Shown here piece by piece: positions 44,478 to 54,542 of a stretch of DNA of 64,000 nt. Location: positions 7,591 through 71,590 of the forward strand of contig JBBRDO010000003.1 of assembly GCA_038203825.1 (NCBI GenBank), given 5' to 3'. The DNA is from Chloroflexia bacterium. Its GTDB lineage: Bacteria; Chloroflexota; Chloroflexia; QHBQ01; JADMIH01. The translations under genes were made by a program, and so were the position numbers. The notes under the pieces are model-generated. The model was not told the origin of the DNA and ran no database searches. It saw only the letters and a program-made list of their open reading frames with translations. The stretch's first letter is position 1, and every line of letters begins with the position of its first letter.

Positions 44478-45388
44478 CGAACTGCTCGGCGAATGGCCCG
44501 TACCGCGTTCTTCAGGAGCATGGCATTGGTGACGGGTCCCGTACCTCCCGGGACAGGCGTAATTGCCGCCACCCTGTCGAGCGCTGCCTCGTAGTCGACA
44601 TCTCCTCTCATCTTGTCGTCAACTACGGCTGCTCCAAAATCAAGGACCACAGTGCCCGGGCGAAGGGCCTCCCCCTTCACCATGTGCGGTTTGCCCACGG
44701 CCACCGCAAGTATCTCGGCCTCAGCTATCAGGGACGGCAAGTTAACGCTGCGGGAATGGGCAACGGTGACTGTGGCGTTGCGTGCCAACAAGAGTTGAGC
44801 GAGTGGCTTGCCCACAACTCCGCTGCGGCCTATAACCAGCGCCCGCTTACCCTCGATGGGAATATTATAGTAGTCGAGAATTGCCATGCCGCCGGCAGGG
44901 GTCGCGGGCACGTAGCAGTCGAGTCCCAACATCAGTCGTCCGGCGTTGAGCGGGTGGATGCCGTCAACGTCCTTGACAGGATCAATTGCTCCCACAATGG
45001 TCTCAAGGTCGATCTGTGGCGGCAGTGGTTGCTGCACTATTATCGCAGCGATCTCGGGCAGTACGTTCAAGCGTGAGAGCTCTGACTGAAAAAGCAAGCG
45101 CGAGACCGTCTCCTCAAGCTCGATCATTGTGACAGTAATTCCCGCCTTGCCGAATGAGTCCCGGATCCGCTGGGCATAGCTGACGGATGCAGGATCGCTA
45201 CCCAGGCGTACGACTGCCAGCCCTGGCAGGATGCCATGTCGAGCTGTCAATTCGGCGATTTCACTTTCACATTCACGCCTGATGCGCGCAGCCACCTCTT
45301 TTCCGCGCAAAATTAAGGGCAACCCCGATTCTTGAAGCGGTATTGCGTACCCGATTTGTTCTGCCTTTGATGCTGTTGGAGTGCTCAT
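44465..45388 (-). CDS. folD: Bifunctional methylenetetrahydrofolate dehydrogenase/cyclohydrolase
   Basis: PGLAVV.(L/V)G.DPAS..Y, VIGRS..VGKP, TPVPGGTGPVT motifs. The 3' end overlaps the convergent methyltransferase by 13 nt. Confidence 0.9.
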   Translation of the reverse strand: MSTPTASKAEQIGYAIPLQESGLPLILRGKEVAARIRRECESEIAELTARHGILPGLAVVRLGSDPASVSYAQRIRDSFGKAGITVTMIELEETVSRLLFQSELSRLNVLPEIAAIIVQQPLPPQIDLETIVGAIDPVKDVDGIHPLNAGRLMLGLDCYVPATPAGGMAILDYYNIPIEGKRALVIGRSGVVGKPLAQLLLARNATVTVAHSRSVNLPSLIAEAEILAVAVGKPHMVKGEALRPGTVVLDFGAAVVDDKMRGDVDYEAALDRVAAITPVPGGTGPVTNAMLLKNAVRAIRRAVRYIK

Positions 45389-45452
45389 GATTGTCCTGAT
45401 GGCCTTTCTTGCGTAAGTACGTGTAGGCGCTTAGCGGATTCTCTGACGTGGT

Positions 45453-46175
45453 CTACATTTCGCCGTTCCCGGCAGGCTGCTTGACCGGAGTTCCATCTGC
45501 TTCCAGATGTTCGGACGAGTTCAACAGAATGAGGTCATGCTTGTTTCCGTCGTGATCATGGGAGACGACGGTCACGCTCGTATTGCCCATGCGCGCCTGA
45601 CGTGATTGCCAGGTTGCCACGAGGTCCCAGTCGTGCAGAGCGGCAAGTAGTGCTGTAAGGGCTGCACCATGCGACACAATGATGATTGCTTCGCCTGGAT
45701 GTTCAGCCACTATCCTCGCGTACGTTCTATAGATGCGCTCTTGGACATCAGGTAGGCTTTCGCCCCCTGGTACAGTAAAGCTATTCAATTGCGCGTCCCA
45801 CATATCTAGTTTGCCCGGAAAACGCGCTTCGATTTCCGCGCGGACGAGTCCTTGCCATTCGCCGCCATGGACTTCGCGAAGCCCTCGATACAGCTGAGGC
45901 ACCAGTCTAACACGCCTCCCGATGATTTGCGCGGTTTGGACAGCTCTCTTGAGATCGCTCGAGAAGAGAGCGGCAAAATGCACAGGCTGTTCTGCGATCC
46001 AGTTGGCCAGCGCTTCCGCCTGCGCGACTCCTTTGCGGCTCAGCTCCACATCTAGATGTCCCTGGAAGCGATGTTCCGCGTTCCAACGAGTTTCACCGTG
46101 CCGCACCAGGTACACCAGCGTCTTTCTGTCGCTGACTGCCTTTACAATCTTCTGTTTGGATTCCTTGCGTGTCAT
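45453..46175 (-). CDS. Histidine phosphatase family protein
   Basis: LVRHGETRWN, SDL.RA.QTA, VSHG motifs. Confidence 0.8.
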   Translation of the reverse strand: MTRKESKQKIVKAVSDRKTLVYLVRHGETRWNAEHRFQGHLDVELSRKGVAQAEALANWIAEQPVHFAALFSSDLKRAVQTAQIIGRRVRLVPQLYRGLREVHGGEWQGLVRAEIEARFPGKLDMWDAQLNSFTVPGGESLPDVQERIYRTYARIVAEHPGEAIIIVSHGAALTALLAALHDWDLVATWQSRQARMGNTSVTVVSHDHDGNKHDLILLNSSEHLEADGTPVKQPAGNGEM

Positions 46176-46233
46176 TTGTTGGTTGTGCCCTGCTAATTAG
46201 CGTGCTCTCTGGTAGCTGCCCGCGACATCGAGC

Positions 46234-47196
46234 CTACTTTTGCCTACTTATGGCCTTCACATAATGGTTCGTGAGGTACACATATCTCCAACCTAGTTTC
46301 TCGTAGAGGGAGCGGGCTGCTGTGTTCGAGTTTTCAACGAAGAGCGTTACGCTTGACATGCCCCTCCCTGCGAGGTACTTGAGAGTTTGGCCAAGCAGTG
46401 CTCCCGCAATCCCACGCCCCCTGTACGGAGGCAAAACGCCAACTGTACCTATGTAGCCGATTTGCTCGCCACCGACGACGTCAACGCGCGCCCTGCTAGT
46501 GCCAACCTCACGGTGCGTTGCCTCATCAACCGCGAAGAAGTAGCCGTCGCGCCTCACTCCCGGCTCGCTCAGTTGCGCAATAATGCCCGCTGCGCTGGCT
46601 GCTTCTCCGAAAGTATTCAGTATCAGGTTGGCCCAGATGCCCGGATCGTGTTCCATGTCATTGAAGGCGCGCACATTTATGCCTTGCGGAAATTGCGGCT
46701 CCTGGGTCTCAGCGACTTGGTCGAACCGCATTTGCCAAAAACTATGCCCCGGTTGGAATCCGCGTTCCGTCAGCCACGAGCCGGCGCCGCCCGTCGATTC
46801 GCCCGGTAAAGTGTACACAGGTGTCGTGATCTGTGCGATTGGCGTTTGCTCTACACGCTGCATAACAAGCTCGTAAAGAGCGGTACCTATGCCTTGTCGC
46901 CTGAAGTCGGGGTGAACCGCGATCTCGAAATTGAGACGCGCAGTGCCTTCCTTGAAAATACCCACTTGCACAAACGCCACGAGTTCGCCGTCATCGCCGG
47001 GCAGAACCTGCACGTCATACTGGGGAGTTATATTGCGTCTCTGCCACCTGATGATGATATCGGCAGGGGCTGGACGGGCGGTTGGTGGGCACGCTCCTGC
47101 TGCCCACATGAGGCGGGCAAGCGGCGCCATGTCAGCCTGTGTGAACGGGCGCAGACGCGAAAACTGGGGTTGGATTGATTGGCTGGTTGTCTGCAT
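46234..47196 (-). CDS. Two-domain GNAT acetyltransferase (MshD-like architecture)
   Basis: Two acetyl-CoA motifs (RRQGIGTALY and RGRGIAGALL) in one 320-aa protein. Confidence 0.75.
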   Translation of the reverse strand: MQTTSQSIQPQFSRLRPFTQADMAPLARLMWAAGACPPTARPAPADIIIRWQRRNITPQYDVQVLPGDDGELVAFVQVGIFKEGTARLNFEIAVHPDFRRQGIGTALYELVMQRVEQTPIAQITTPVYTLPGESTGGAGSWLTERGFQPGHSFWQMRFDQVAETQEPQFPQGINVRAFNDMEHDPGIWANLILNTFGEAASAAGIIAQLSEPGVRRDGYFFAVDEATHREVGTSRARVDVVGGEQIGYIGTVGVLPPYRGRGIAGALLGQTLKYLAGRGMSSVTLFVENSNTAARSLYEKLGWRYVYLTNHYVKAISRQK

Positions 47197-47372
47197 TACG
47201 CGTATCAGTTCCCTATGCCGACCGCGGCGGGCTATTTAATTGTACCACGTTGAACCCTAGTGGGAAAGGAAATTGCTCACTGTATGCTCAGCCGGCCGTC
47301 TGTGCGGTCACTGGCGCGGGCAATACGAACGGCGAGCCCAAACAGGTCGCCGTGACGCATTTAGCCGATGAA

Positions 47373-48425
47373 CTAGTATTCGCGCTGAATGACAAAGTCC
47401 GCGAGATCCAGCAGTGAGCGTCGCGCCGGTACATCGGGCATGCTTGCAATAGCTGATTTGGCCTCTTCGACGAAAGTGCGGGCCACCTGGGCCGCACGGC
47501 TTACGGCGTCAGAAGCGTTGATTCTGGCAAGGACGGCATTTACAGCAGCGTCACTGCGATCAAATCCCTCGATAACGCGTTCAACGTCGGCTTGTTCGGA
47601 AGGCGATGCTTTTTCCATGTACAAGAATGTGGGCAGCGTCATCGTGCCTTGTCTCAGATCGCCGCCGGTTGGTTTGCCAATCTGTTCGGCGGTCGAATGC
47701 ACGTCTAGAATATCATCCACAACCTGAAACGCCATGCCGAGCTGCTTGGAGTAGAAGCGCAAACGTTCGATTTCATCTTCAGGCGCATCTGCTACAACTG
47801 CGCCAATCTCACCTGCGGCGGCAAATAGGACCGCCGTCTTCGAGTAGATCCTCTTATAGTACTGATCTATCGTTGCCGTCATGTGATGCGACGAGAACTT
47901 CTGCTCGATCTCACCCTCTGAGATAGTAACCAGAGACTCAGCAAAAATACGTGTGGCGCGCATCTTGCCGCCCATTGTGCTGAGCACGGCGGACTTCGCA
48001 AAAAGGAAGTCGCCGACCAGCACGGTTGTTCCCTCGTCCATCACGGAGTTGAGCGTTGGTAGCCCGCGCCGAATCAGGGAATTATCTATCGTGTCATCGT
48101 GCACGAGGGAGGCAGTATGGAGCAATTCGATTGCCGCGGCCATCGGCACCAACTTCTCTAGGTCGTAGTTGTGGAAGTTTGCGCAAAGAAAGAGAATTGC
48201 AGGTCGTAGCCGCTTACCGCCAGCGGCAATAATGGCCTCCACGCTACCTTTTACAATAGGGTAGTCTAGAGTGGCTATTCCCCGCAATGCGTCATTTATG
48301 CCGATTAAACCATCGGCTACAGGAGCGAAAATCTGTTGGAGGGTTAGGGATTTTTGTGACGCTGAAGGGCTGGTCATGGCATTAGGCTCAAGGAATTTTC
48401 CGGAAGGTGCCCTCATCTCGGGCAC
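47373..48425 (-). CDS. Long-chain polyprenyl diphosphate synthase
   Basis: FARM LVHDDTID and SARM DDILD motifs. Start uncertain (GTG 48425, ATG 48416 or ATG 48377). Confidence 0.85.
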   Translation of the reverse strand: MPEMRAPSGKFLEPNAMTSPSASQKSLTLQQIFAPVADGLIGINDALRGIATLDYPIVKGSVEAIIAAGGKRLRPAILFLCANFHNYDLEKLVPMAAAIELLHTASLVHDDTIDNSLIRRGLPTLNSVMDEGTTVLVGDFLFAKSAVLSTMGGKMRATRIFAESLVTISEGEIEQKFSSHHMTATIDQYYKRIYSKTAVLFAAAGEIGAVVADAPEDEIERLRFYSKQLGMAFQVVDDILDVHSTAEQIGKPTGGDLRQGTMTLPTFLYMEKASPSEQADVERVIEGFDRSDAAVNAVLARINASDAVSRAAQVARTFVEEAKSAIASMPDVPARRSLLDLADFVIQREY

Positions 48426-48528
48426 CTAATCGAGTATATCAAGCGACTGGCACATTGTCAAGCATTTCACAATGTCGCCGTAAAGCCAGTTTGGACGCGA
48501 GGTAGCCTGGGAGGGTATACTAAAAGCT

Positions 48529-49764
48529 ATGCAAGTAAGTGGATATGTTGAGGAAGAAACACTCGGGCGGGTTGCGGCTACGACGGACACAACTTACGAC
48601 TGGCGGGCTGAGCCTGTCGGCCTTTACCTGCATGTGCCATTCTGCGAGTCGAAATGCGTCTATTGCGATTTCAATTCCTACGCGCACATGGAAAGCAAGT
48701 TTGCTCCGTTTGTCAGCGCCATCTGCAAGGACATCGAGCGCGGCGCTAGCAATCTTTTGCATGATGAAGAGGATTGTGGGGGCGCCCGCATCGCTACGAT
48801 CTTCTTCGGGGGTGGCACACCTAGCGTGCTACAGCCTGAGCAAATCTCACGCATTCTGAATGCAGTTCGCAACCGGTACAATGTGGCGCCGGATGCCGAG
48901 ATTTCTATGGAAGCGAATCCCGGAACGATTACGCTGGCGAAGTTTGCCGGCTATCGAGAGGCTGGCGTTAACAGGCTAAGCATGGGCGTGCAGGTGCTGG
49001 ATGATCCCATGTTGAAGAAACTGGGGCGGATACACAGTGCGGCGGGCGCATTGGAATCATACAGGCTGGCGCGCCGGGCCGGGTTCCAGAACATCAATCT
49101 TGACTTCATCTTTGGCCTACCCGGTCAGGCTGTCAAGCATCTTGACGCGATGCTGGATCGCCTGCTTGCCGTTTCGCCGCTGCCGGAACATCTATCTTGC
49201 TATTCGTTGATAGTCGAGGAAAACACTCCCCTCTATACGGGCGTTGCTCGCGGCCTTATTCAAGTGCCCGACGACGACGAAACAGCCGAAATGTATGAAC
49301 TGGTCATGTCCCGACTGCCCGAAGCCGGCTACATGCAGTACGAAATATCCAACTGGACCCGCGATCTACCTTGCCTGCACAATCTCGTGTACTGGCACGA
49401 CCAACGCTACATCGCTTACGGGCCCGGGGCCAGCGGTTACTGGGGAAACACGCGCTATAAGACCATGCTCGCTCCCGCAGACTACATCCAGCGCATCCGA
49501 CACGATGAGTCGGTCGTCGCCGAACAGTACGTCGTATCGAAGAGCGAGGAGATGGGCGAATTCATGATGCTGGGTCTCCGCCTCAATAGCGGCATCAGCC
49601 GGTATGAGTTTCACAGACGGTTCGGTCACGAAATCGAGTCCGAATTTGGCAAACAGTTGCAGAAGATGTTTGGTTACGAGTTACTTGAGCAAGCAGGAGA
49701 CTTCATACGGCTCACGCCTCGCGGGCGAATGTTGGGTAACGAGGTCTTCGCCGAGTTTATTTAG
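48529..49764 (+). CDS. hemW: Radical SAM heme chaperone HemW (HemN-like)
   Basis: LYLHVPFCESKCVYCDF radical-SAM cluster motif, FFGGGTPS, HemN C-terminal domain. Confidence 0.85.
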   Translation: MQVSGYVEEETLGRVAATTDTTYDWRAEPVGLYLHVPFCESKCVYCDFNSYAHMESKFAPFVSAICKDIERGASNLLHDEEDCGGARIATIFFGGGTPSVLQPEQISRILNAVRNRYNVAPDAEISMEANPGTITLAKFAGYREAGVNRLSMGVQVLDDPMLKKLGRIHSAAGALESYRLARRAGFQNINLDFIFGLPGQAVKHLDAMLDRLLAVSPLPEHLSCYSLIVEENTPLYTGVARGLIQVPDDDETAEMYELVMSRLPEAGYMQYEISNWTRDLPCLHNLVYWHDQRYIAYGPGASGYWGNTRYKTMLAPADYIQRIRHDESVVAEQYVVSKSEEMGEFMMLGLRLNSGISRYEFHRRFGHEIESEFGKQLQKMFGYELLEQAGDFIRLTPRGRMLGNEVFAEFI

Positions 49765-49787
49765 AGCGCAGTCGCAGTTGGTGGCAG

Positions 49788-50474
49788 TTAGGTCGCCAGC
49801 GGGCAGTGTTCGCAAAAGCCATCGTTGGGATAAGGCAGCACTTGCTCGCCGGCCGCTACCAGCGCACGACGAACCTGGCAAACGGGCAACCCCACAACGT
49901 TGTTGATACAACCTTCAACATGGCTTACCAGTTTACCGCCCTGCCCCTGAAGTGCGTATGCTCCCGCCTTGTCAAAGGGCTCACCGGTAGCGACATATCC
50001 CGCGATTTCATGATCATCATATGCGCGCATGAACACCTTAGAGATAACAGCTTCGTGGTGGAAGACCACGGGCTCCGCATTTGTTGCCCGCAGGACGACA
50101 AATGCGGTCACAACGTAGTGTGGGTCGCCCCGCAGCAGAGCGAGCATGCTGATGGCATCTTCTCCGTCCCTGGGTTTGCCGAGTGTCCGGCCGGGGCCGA
50201 CGACCACTGTATCTGCACCGAGAATTGCCATGCCTGGTTCGATCCTGTCTCGGTAGATTAGGGCTACGTCATTCGCTTTACGCCACGCCCAGAGGCGCGG
50301 GTCCTCACTGCCTGAAACGGGGAAGGGCGGTGCAAGTTGCAGGGGAGCAATCTCGAAATCAGGCCACTTATCCGACCCTAGCTCCTCAATGTCGCTGGAC
50401 AACGATTGAAACTCCGGTACGATCTGTTGGATCAATTCCACGCGACGCGGCGATCCGGATGCAAGAACAAGCAT
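49788..50474 (-). CDS. maf: Maf family nucleoside triphosphate pyrophosphatase
   Basis: LASGSPRR.EL, GADTVV, DKAGAYA(L/I)QG, NVVGLP. Carries a ~30-aa insertion and a Cys-containing C-terminal tail. Confidence 0.8.
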   Translation of the reverse strand: MLVLASGSPRRVELIQQIVPEFQSLSSDIEELGSDKWPDFEIAPLQLAPPFPVSGSEDPRLWAWRKANDVALIYRDRIEPGMAILGADTVVVGPGRTLGKPRDGEDAISMLALLRGDPHYVVTAFVVLRATNAEPVVFHHEAVISKVFMRAYDDHEIAGYVATGEPFDKAGAYALQGQGGKLVSHVEGCINNVVGLPVCQVRRALVAAGEQVLPYPNDGFCEHCPLAT

Positions 50475-50484
50475 TGTCCGTTGC

Positions 50485-51063
50485 CTAGCGCCCCAGCCGT
50501 TTCAGGGCGTGCATTACCATATCCTCGGTCGTGTAGTCTTCGCCTCTGGGCAGATCTGACAGAGCAGCCTGGATCTCAGCAGGGCTATACCCGAGTCCAG
50601 TCAGGGCTTCAACGACCTCACTTGCGGCAGACGGCGTGGTCGAAATGCCGGCGGCCACGACAACATCGAGTTTGCCCTTTAGTTCGAGCACCAGACGCGA
50701 AGCTGTCTTGCGCCCGATACCTGGTATGCGGGTCAAAAGGTCCACGTTCCCAGCACTGATTGCGTTTTCCAGTGCCTCAACAGGCATGGTGCCAAGGACC
50801 GACAGGGCCACTTTGGGCCCAATACCGGACACCGTGAGCAGCGTCTCGAACATGACGATCCCGCTCTCGTCGGGAGTACCGTAGAGTGAGAGTTGGTCTT
50901 CTCGCACATACAGGTAGGTGTAGACTCGTCCCTTCTCACCGACTCTCCCTACCTGCCCGATAGCGGTACCAGGCATAAACACGCGGTAATAGACGCCGCT
51001 CACGTTCAGAATAATGTGGTCAACGCCGATGCTGGCGACGATCCCTTCAAGGCCCGCTATCAT
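50485..51063 (-). CDS. ruvA: Holliday junction branch migration complex subunit RuvA
   Basis: MIAGLEG.V, F..LL.VSGIGPK.AL, IPGIGRKTA HhH motifs. Confidence 0.9.
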   Translation of the reverse strand: MIAGLEGIVASIGVDHIILNVSGVYYRVFMPGTAIGQVGRVGEKGRVYTYLYVREDQLSLYGTPDESGIVMFETLLTVSGIGPKVALSVLGTMPVEALENAISAGNVDLLTRIPGIGRKTASRLVLELKGKLDVVVAAGISTTPSAASEVVEALTGLGYSPAEIQAALSDLPRGEDYTTEDMVMHALKRLGR

Positions 51064-51142
51064 TCTAAGTGCTCCTAATCCTAACCCTGGATCTGAATGT
51101 CATCTCAATCTTGGCTCTCGTCTTAGCCCCCAGCCGTGGCGG

Positions 51143-53464
51143 CTATGCCGAATTGCGAGCCGATGTTCGTTTCCGCTTGATCGCGCCAGCATTGGCCTGG
51201 CTGGGCCGCGCTTGCCCGGCCTGTGCTCTCGATATCGTACCCTCTGCACCAGCACTCTCAGCTGCGACGCCCGTGACGTGGTCGTGCGACTCGTCCGAGA
51301 AGTGGGGAACATAACCCGCGTTTCGCAGATCCTTCATCAGCCGTTCCCAGGCGTCGTCCCTTGCCGATTCGCCAACTTCGGGTAGTGCAGCTACCGCCAC
51401 TGTCGGCGATATTCGCCGCTCCAGAAACTTGCGGGTCTTGCGCGAAGCCATGAGTTCGTCCAGCACGGCAGGATCATCGACCTCGATTATAGTTAGCCGC
51501 CGAACGTGTGCGTGTTTGATCAAGCGCGCCCAGTCGCTGATCGACTGAGACACATTTTGAGGCAACCGTTTGCCCGTATTCTGATGAAGGAATCGAACGA
51601 TTTCGTCAGGGCTCATGCCTGCTTCGACTGCGCGTAAAACGCTTTCCTTATTGATCGTGTACGCGCTGACCCTGTCGTGTCGCACGAGGTCGGCTACTCG
51701 CATCAGAGTCCACAACACCCGACTGTCGGGCTGGAGCACGAGTACCTCAAAGTTAGGCTGAACAAGAATCGCCGATTGAGCGTCCTGAGACGGACTCGGA
51801 TCGGACATCGCAGACTCAGGAGCAAGCAACGATCGGGCAGATTCCGTGAGGCGAAAGGAGAGCAATCGTTTTTGCTTGTCACGCCCAAGATCAACCACAC
51901 CTAGCCAGTGTAGCATTGTGCGTATCATGTCGCTGATTATGCGACCCTCAATTTCGTGCCATTGGCTGCGGAATCCTTGCAGTGCGCGCAGCCCGTACCG
52001 GCGCACCAGTTCGTCCTGTCCCCAGATTATGAATGGGTCAGTCAATTGAACCTGCTTTAGAAAGCCTTCCATCGAAATCCACTTCTCGGTTGGCAGTTCA
52101 AGCATCTGCTGCACAAGCCGCTTGCGCGCGCCCGTTAGGTCACTATTCCACCAGTAAATCGTTCCATAGGTTGCCGGTTCGCTCCATTTGCGGTCTTCGA
52201 GCCAGAGCCCGAAGAGCCTGCGCCGCTGGGCATCGAAGGACAGCTTGGCCCACTCCTCTGCACGTGGAGTTAAGGTTAGTGCCGGCTGCTCACCGGTGCG
52301 CTCGGCCAGCAGAGACATCGCCTGTGCCATATGGACGGTGGCATCCACATACTCGCTCGTAGCACCTATTTTGAGATCTTCGGGCTGGAGAAAACTCTCG
52401 TTTATCTTCTTGGCTAACCGCTTGGTGATGCGCGTATCCTGCAGCGTAAGCTGCAGTTCAACCTGGGAGGCCTCTGACAATACCGTCAGGAGATCCCAAG
52501 CCATCTCATAGGGAAAGCGACTTAGGGCGACATAAGGAGTTGGTGCATCGAGTTTCGGCTGCAAATAGGGCGCAAGTTTGATCGGCCCGCTTTGCCCCCC
52601 CTTCAGTAGATTATTCGGGATGAAAATTACTCGACGATCATTGTCAAGTGCATCCCAGACAAGCGCCCTTTGAAGCAGGTGGATTGATGCGCCCCTCAAT
52701 TCGCGCTCGTTCCAGCCGAAGTGCTTCTTAATCTGGCTTGCTGTTGCCCGCCCCCCCTCGGCCTCCAGATAATTGTAGAAGTTCTGAGCCGCGGGGGACA
52801 GGCCGCCAAGAAGGAGCGTCCTTCCTTGACCGGTTCCCAGGAACTCGCTCATTATTCCTACGAGTTCCGACTTATAGTACTTACTCGCGTCGGGTAATTT
52901 CCAGACCGTAGCTATGCGCTGCACCACCTCTTGTTCGAGCCCGCCAAGAAGTGCCGGAAACGGCTCGTCCAATGGCGCGGGACGCTTGCTCTCTTCGATA
53001 ATATCTCGAAGCACCTTGGCTGCTTCCGCCGCGATAGACACCACCTTGCGCAAGATTGCCTCAGCATTGTTTCGCGCTGCCCAGGCATAGAGGTTATCGC
53101 CCGATGACACCACTCTGCTGCCTCGAACCATAACTTCGTCCACGTCGACCAGGCCCACGACTCGAAGTCGTTCCAATAAGGCTGCCGTTTCTTCAGGCGT
53201 CCGATCTATAAGTCCCGGTACGTCGTCGACAATAGCAAGCATGTTGCGCTGGTTGATGAGCCAGGCCAGGAACGCGCGGTCCTCAGCTTCGAGGTTCTCC
53301 CACACGCCGCGCACCGCCGATGGATCCACGAGCGTATGGTAGGCAGCTATAGCCAGATCGTTTTGCGAGGGTACTGCGTCGCGAGTAAGTGTTCCCCACA
53401 TAGCCGCAATTACGCGCAATTCGTCGAGTGGCCTGCTCATGAGCCGCCCCAATAGATTCTTCAA
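51143..53464 (-). CDS. Large protein with C-terminal XPB/Ssl2 N-terminal (damage-recognition, Helicase_C_3-like) domain; no helicase motor
   Basis: ILVQPNFEVLVLQPD...YTINKESVLRAVEAGMSPDEIVRFL...LPQNVSQSISDWARL parallels the XPB N-terminal LIVQSD.TVLLE...YRIT..(S/A)LWNA..(A/S)G....(V/I)...L...S....P(Q/.)....I.D pattern. No Walker A/B or DExH motif anywhere in the 773 aa. Confidence 0.5.
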   Translation of the reverse strand: MKNLLGRLMSRPLDELRVIAAMWGTLTRDAVPSQNDLAIAAYHTLVDPSAVRGVWENLEAEDRAFLAWLINQRNMLAIVDDVPGLIDRTPEETAALLERLRVVGLVDVDEVMVRGSRVVSSGDNLYAWAARNNAEAILRKVVSIAAEAAKVLRDIIEESKRPAPLDEPFPALLGGLEQEVVQRIATVWKLPDASKYYKSELVGIMSEFLGTGQGRTLLLGGLSPAAQNFYNYLEAEGGRATASQIKKHFGWNERELRGASIHLLQRALVWDALDNDRRVIFIPNNLLKGGQSGPIKLAPYLQPKLDAPTPYVALSRFPYEMAWDLLTVLSEASQVELQLTLQDTRITKRLAKKINESFLQPEDLKIGATSEYVDATVHMAQAMSLLAERTGEQPALTLTPRAEEWAKLSFDAQRRRLFGLWLEDRKWSEPATYGTIYWWNSDLTGARKRLVQQMLELPTEKWISMEGFLKQVQLTDPFIIWGQDELVRRYGLRALQGFRSQWHEIEGRIISDMIRTMLHWLGVVDLGRDKQKRLLSFRLTESARSLLAPESAMSDPSPSQDAQSAILVQPNFEVLVLQPDSRVLWTLMRVADLVRHDRVSAYTINKESVLRAVEAGMSPDEIVRFLHQNTGKRLPQNVSQSISDWARLIKHAHVRRLTIIEVDDPAVLDELMASRKTRKFLERRISPTVAVAALPEVGESARDDAWERLMKDLRNAGYVPHFSDESHDHVTGVAAESAGAEGTISRAQAGQARPSQANAGAIKRKRTSARNSA

Positions 53465-53734
53465 GATTGGTTACTCCTGAAAGAGGGAATTTTCACTACA
53501 ATATATGACTATACCAGCAGGCGGCGAAGATGTCAAACCAGTAGACGACTGATTCTACGGTTCGCATCGACCAAAATGCAACTCCTTAGCTGGAGCATGG
53601 GTGACCCTCAGAAAGGCTAAAATATATGCTTTGTTAACGCCAACTTGCTTGTCGTCACCCACATATAGATGTAAACTGAGTACTGCGTTGTCGCTCTAGA
53701 GCGTTTGTTGATTTGCCAGTTTCGGGAGTGCACG

Positions 53735-54472
53735 ATGAACGGTTTCTCCGCTCTTACTTTATTGCCCTTGTCAGTTGCTATTGTTGGCGCTGTCTTTTCC
53801 GGAGTCTTGCTGAACAGATACGTAAACGGGAAGCGCCGACCTCACGAGTTGGTGTGGGGAATAGCCTTCTTGATGTTTGCGATAGCCGCGGGCAGCCAGG
53901 TATACGCCGATGCAATGGGCGCATGGACTCCACTTTCCGCACGCATCTTTTACTTGTTTGGCGCCATTCTAAACGTGGGCTATCTCGGCCTAGGTACGAC
54001 GTATCTGCTCTTCTCAAGGCGAGTGGCCCGATTGTCCCTTGGAATCACCTTGCTGCTAACTGCCTATGCGATCTATTCGACATTCACTGTTCCACTGAAT
54101 CTGAGTGCGCTCGCAAACACTCAGGAAGTCGATTGGAAGTTACTTTTTAGCGTCGATGTTATGCCGCGTATACTCGCAGGGGTATTTAGCGGTGTGGGGT
54201 CCATTATAGTGATTGCTGGGGCACTCTGGTCTGCCTATATCTTTTGGCGCAAGCGCATCATGAAAGAAAGGATGATTGGACTTATCCTCCTCGCCGTCGG
54301 AACTTTCACGGTCGCGTTTGGCGGCACACTTAAAGGCCTTCTTCACAATGACGACTACCTTTATCCGACGATGGCCGTAGGTGTCGTTATCATGTTTTTC
54401 GGCTATTTGCAGACGATCCGAGTTTCGGTTGCCAAGGTGAAAGTTCCCGAGCCCGTCACGAACAACGCGTAG
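53735..54472 (+). CDS. Polytopic membrane protein (about 7 TM), unknown function
   Basis: Hydrophobic periodicity throughout. ATG 53735 has a GGGAG SD 7 nt upstream and is preferred over TTG 53705. Confidence 0.55.
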   Translation: MNGFSALTLLPLSVAIVGAVFSGVLLNRYVNGKRRPHELVWGIAFLMFAIAAGSQVYADAMGAWTPLSARIFYLFGAILNVGYLGLGTTYLLFSRRVARLSLGITLLLTAYAIYSTFTVPLNLSALANTQEVDWKLLFSVDVMPRILAGVFSGVGSIIVIAGALWSAYIFWRKRIMKERMIGLILLAVGTFTVAFGGTLKGLLHNDDYLYPTMAVGVVIMFFGYLQTIRVSVAKVKVPEPVTNNA

Positions 54473-54542
54473 CATAGCATATGCATGGACAACATCGTAG
54501 TTTGCTCGGTCCTATTCTGTGTCGCCCGGTGACCTTTAGCCC

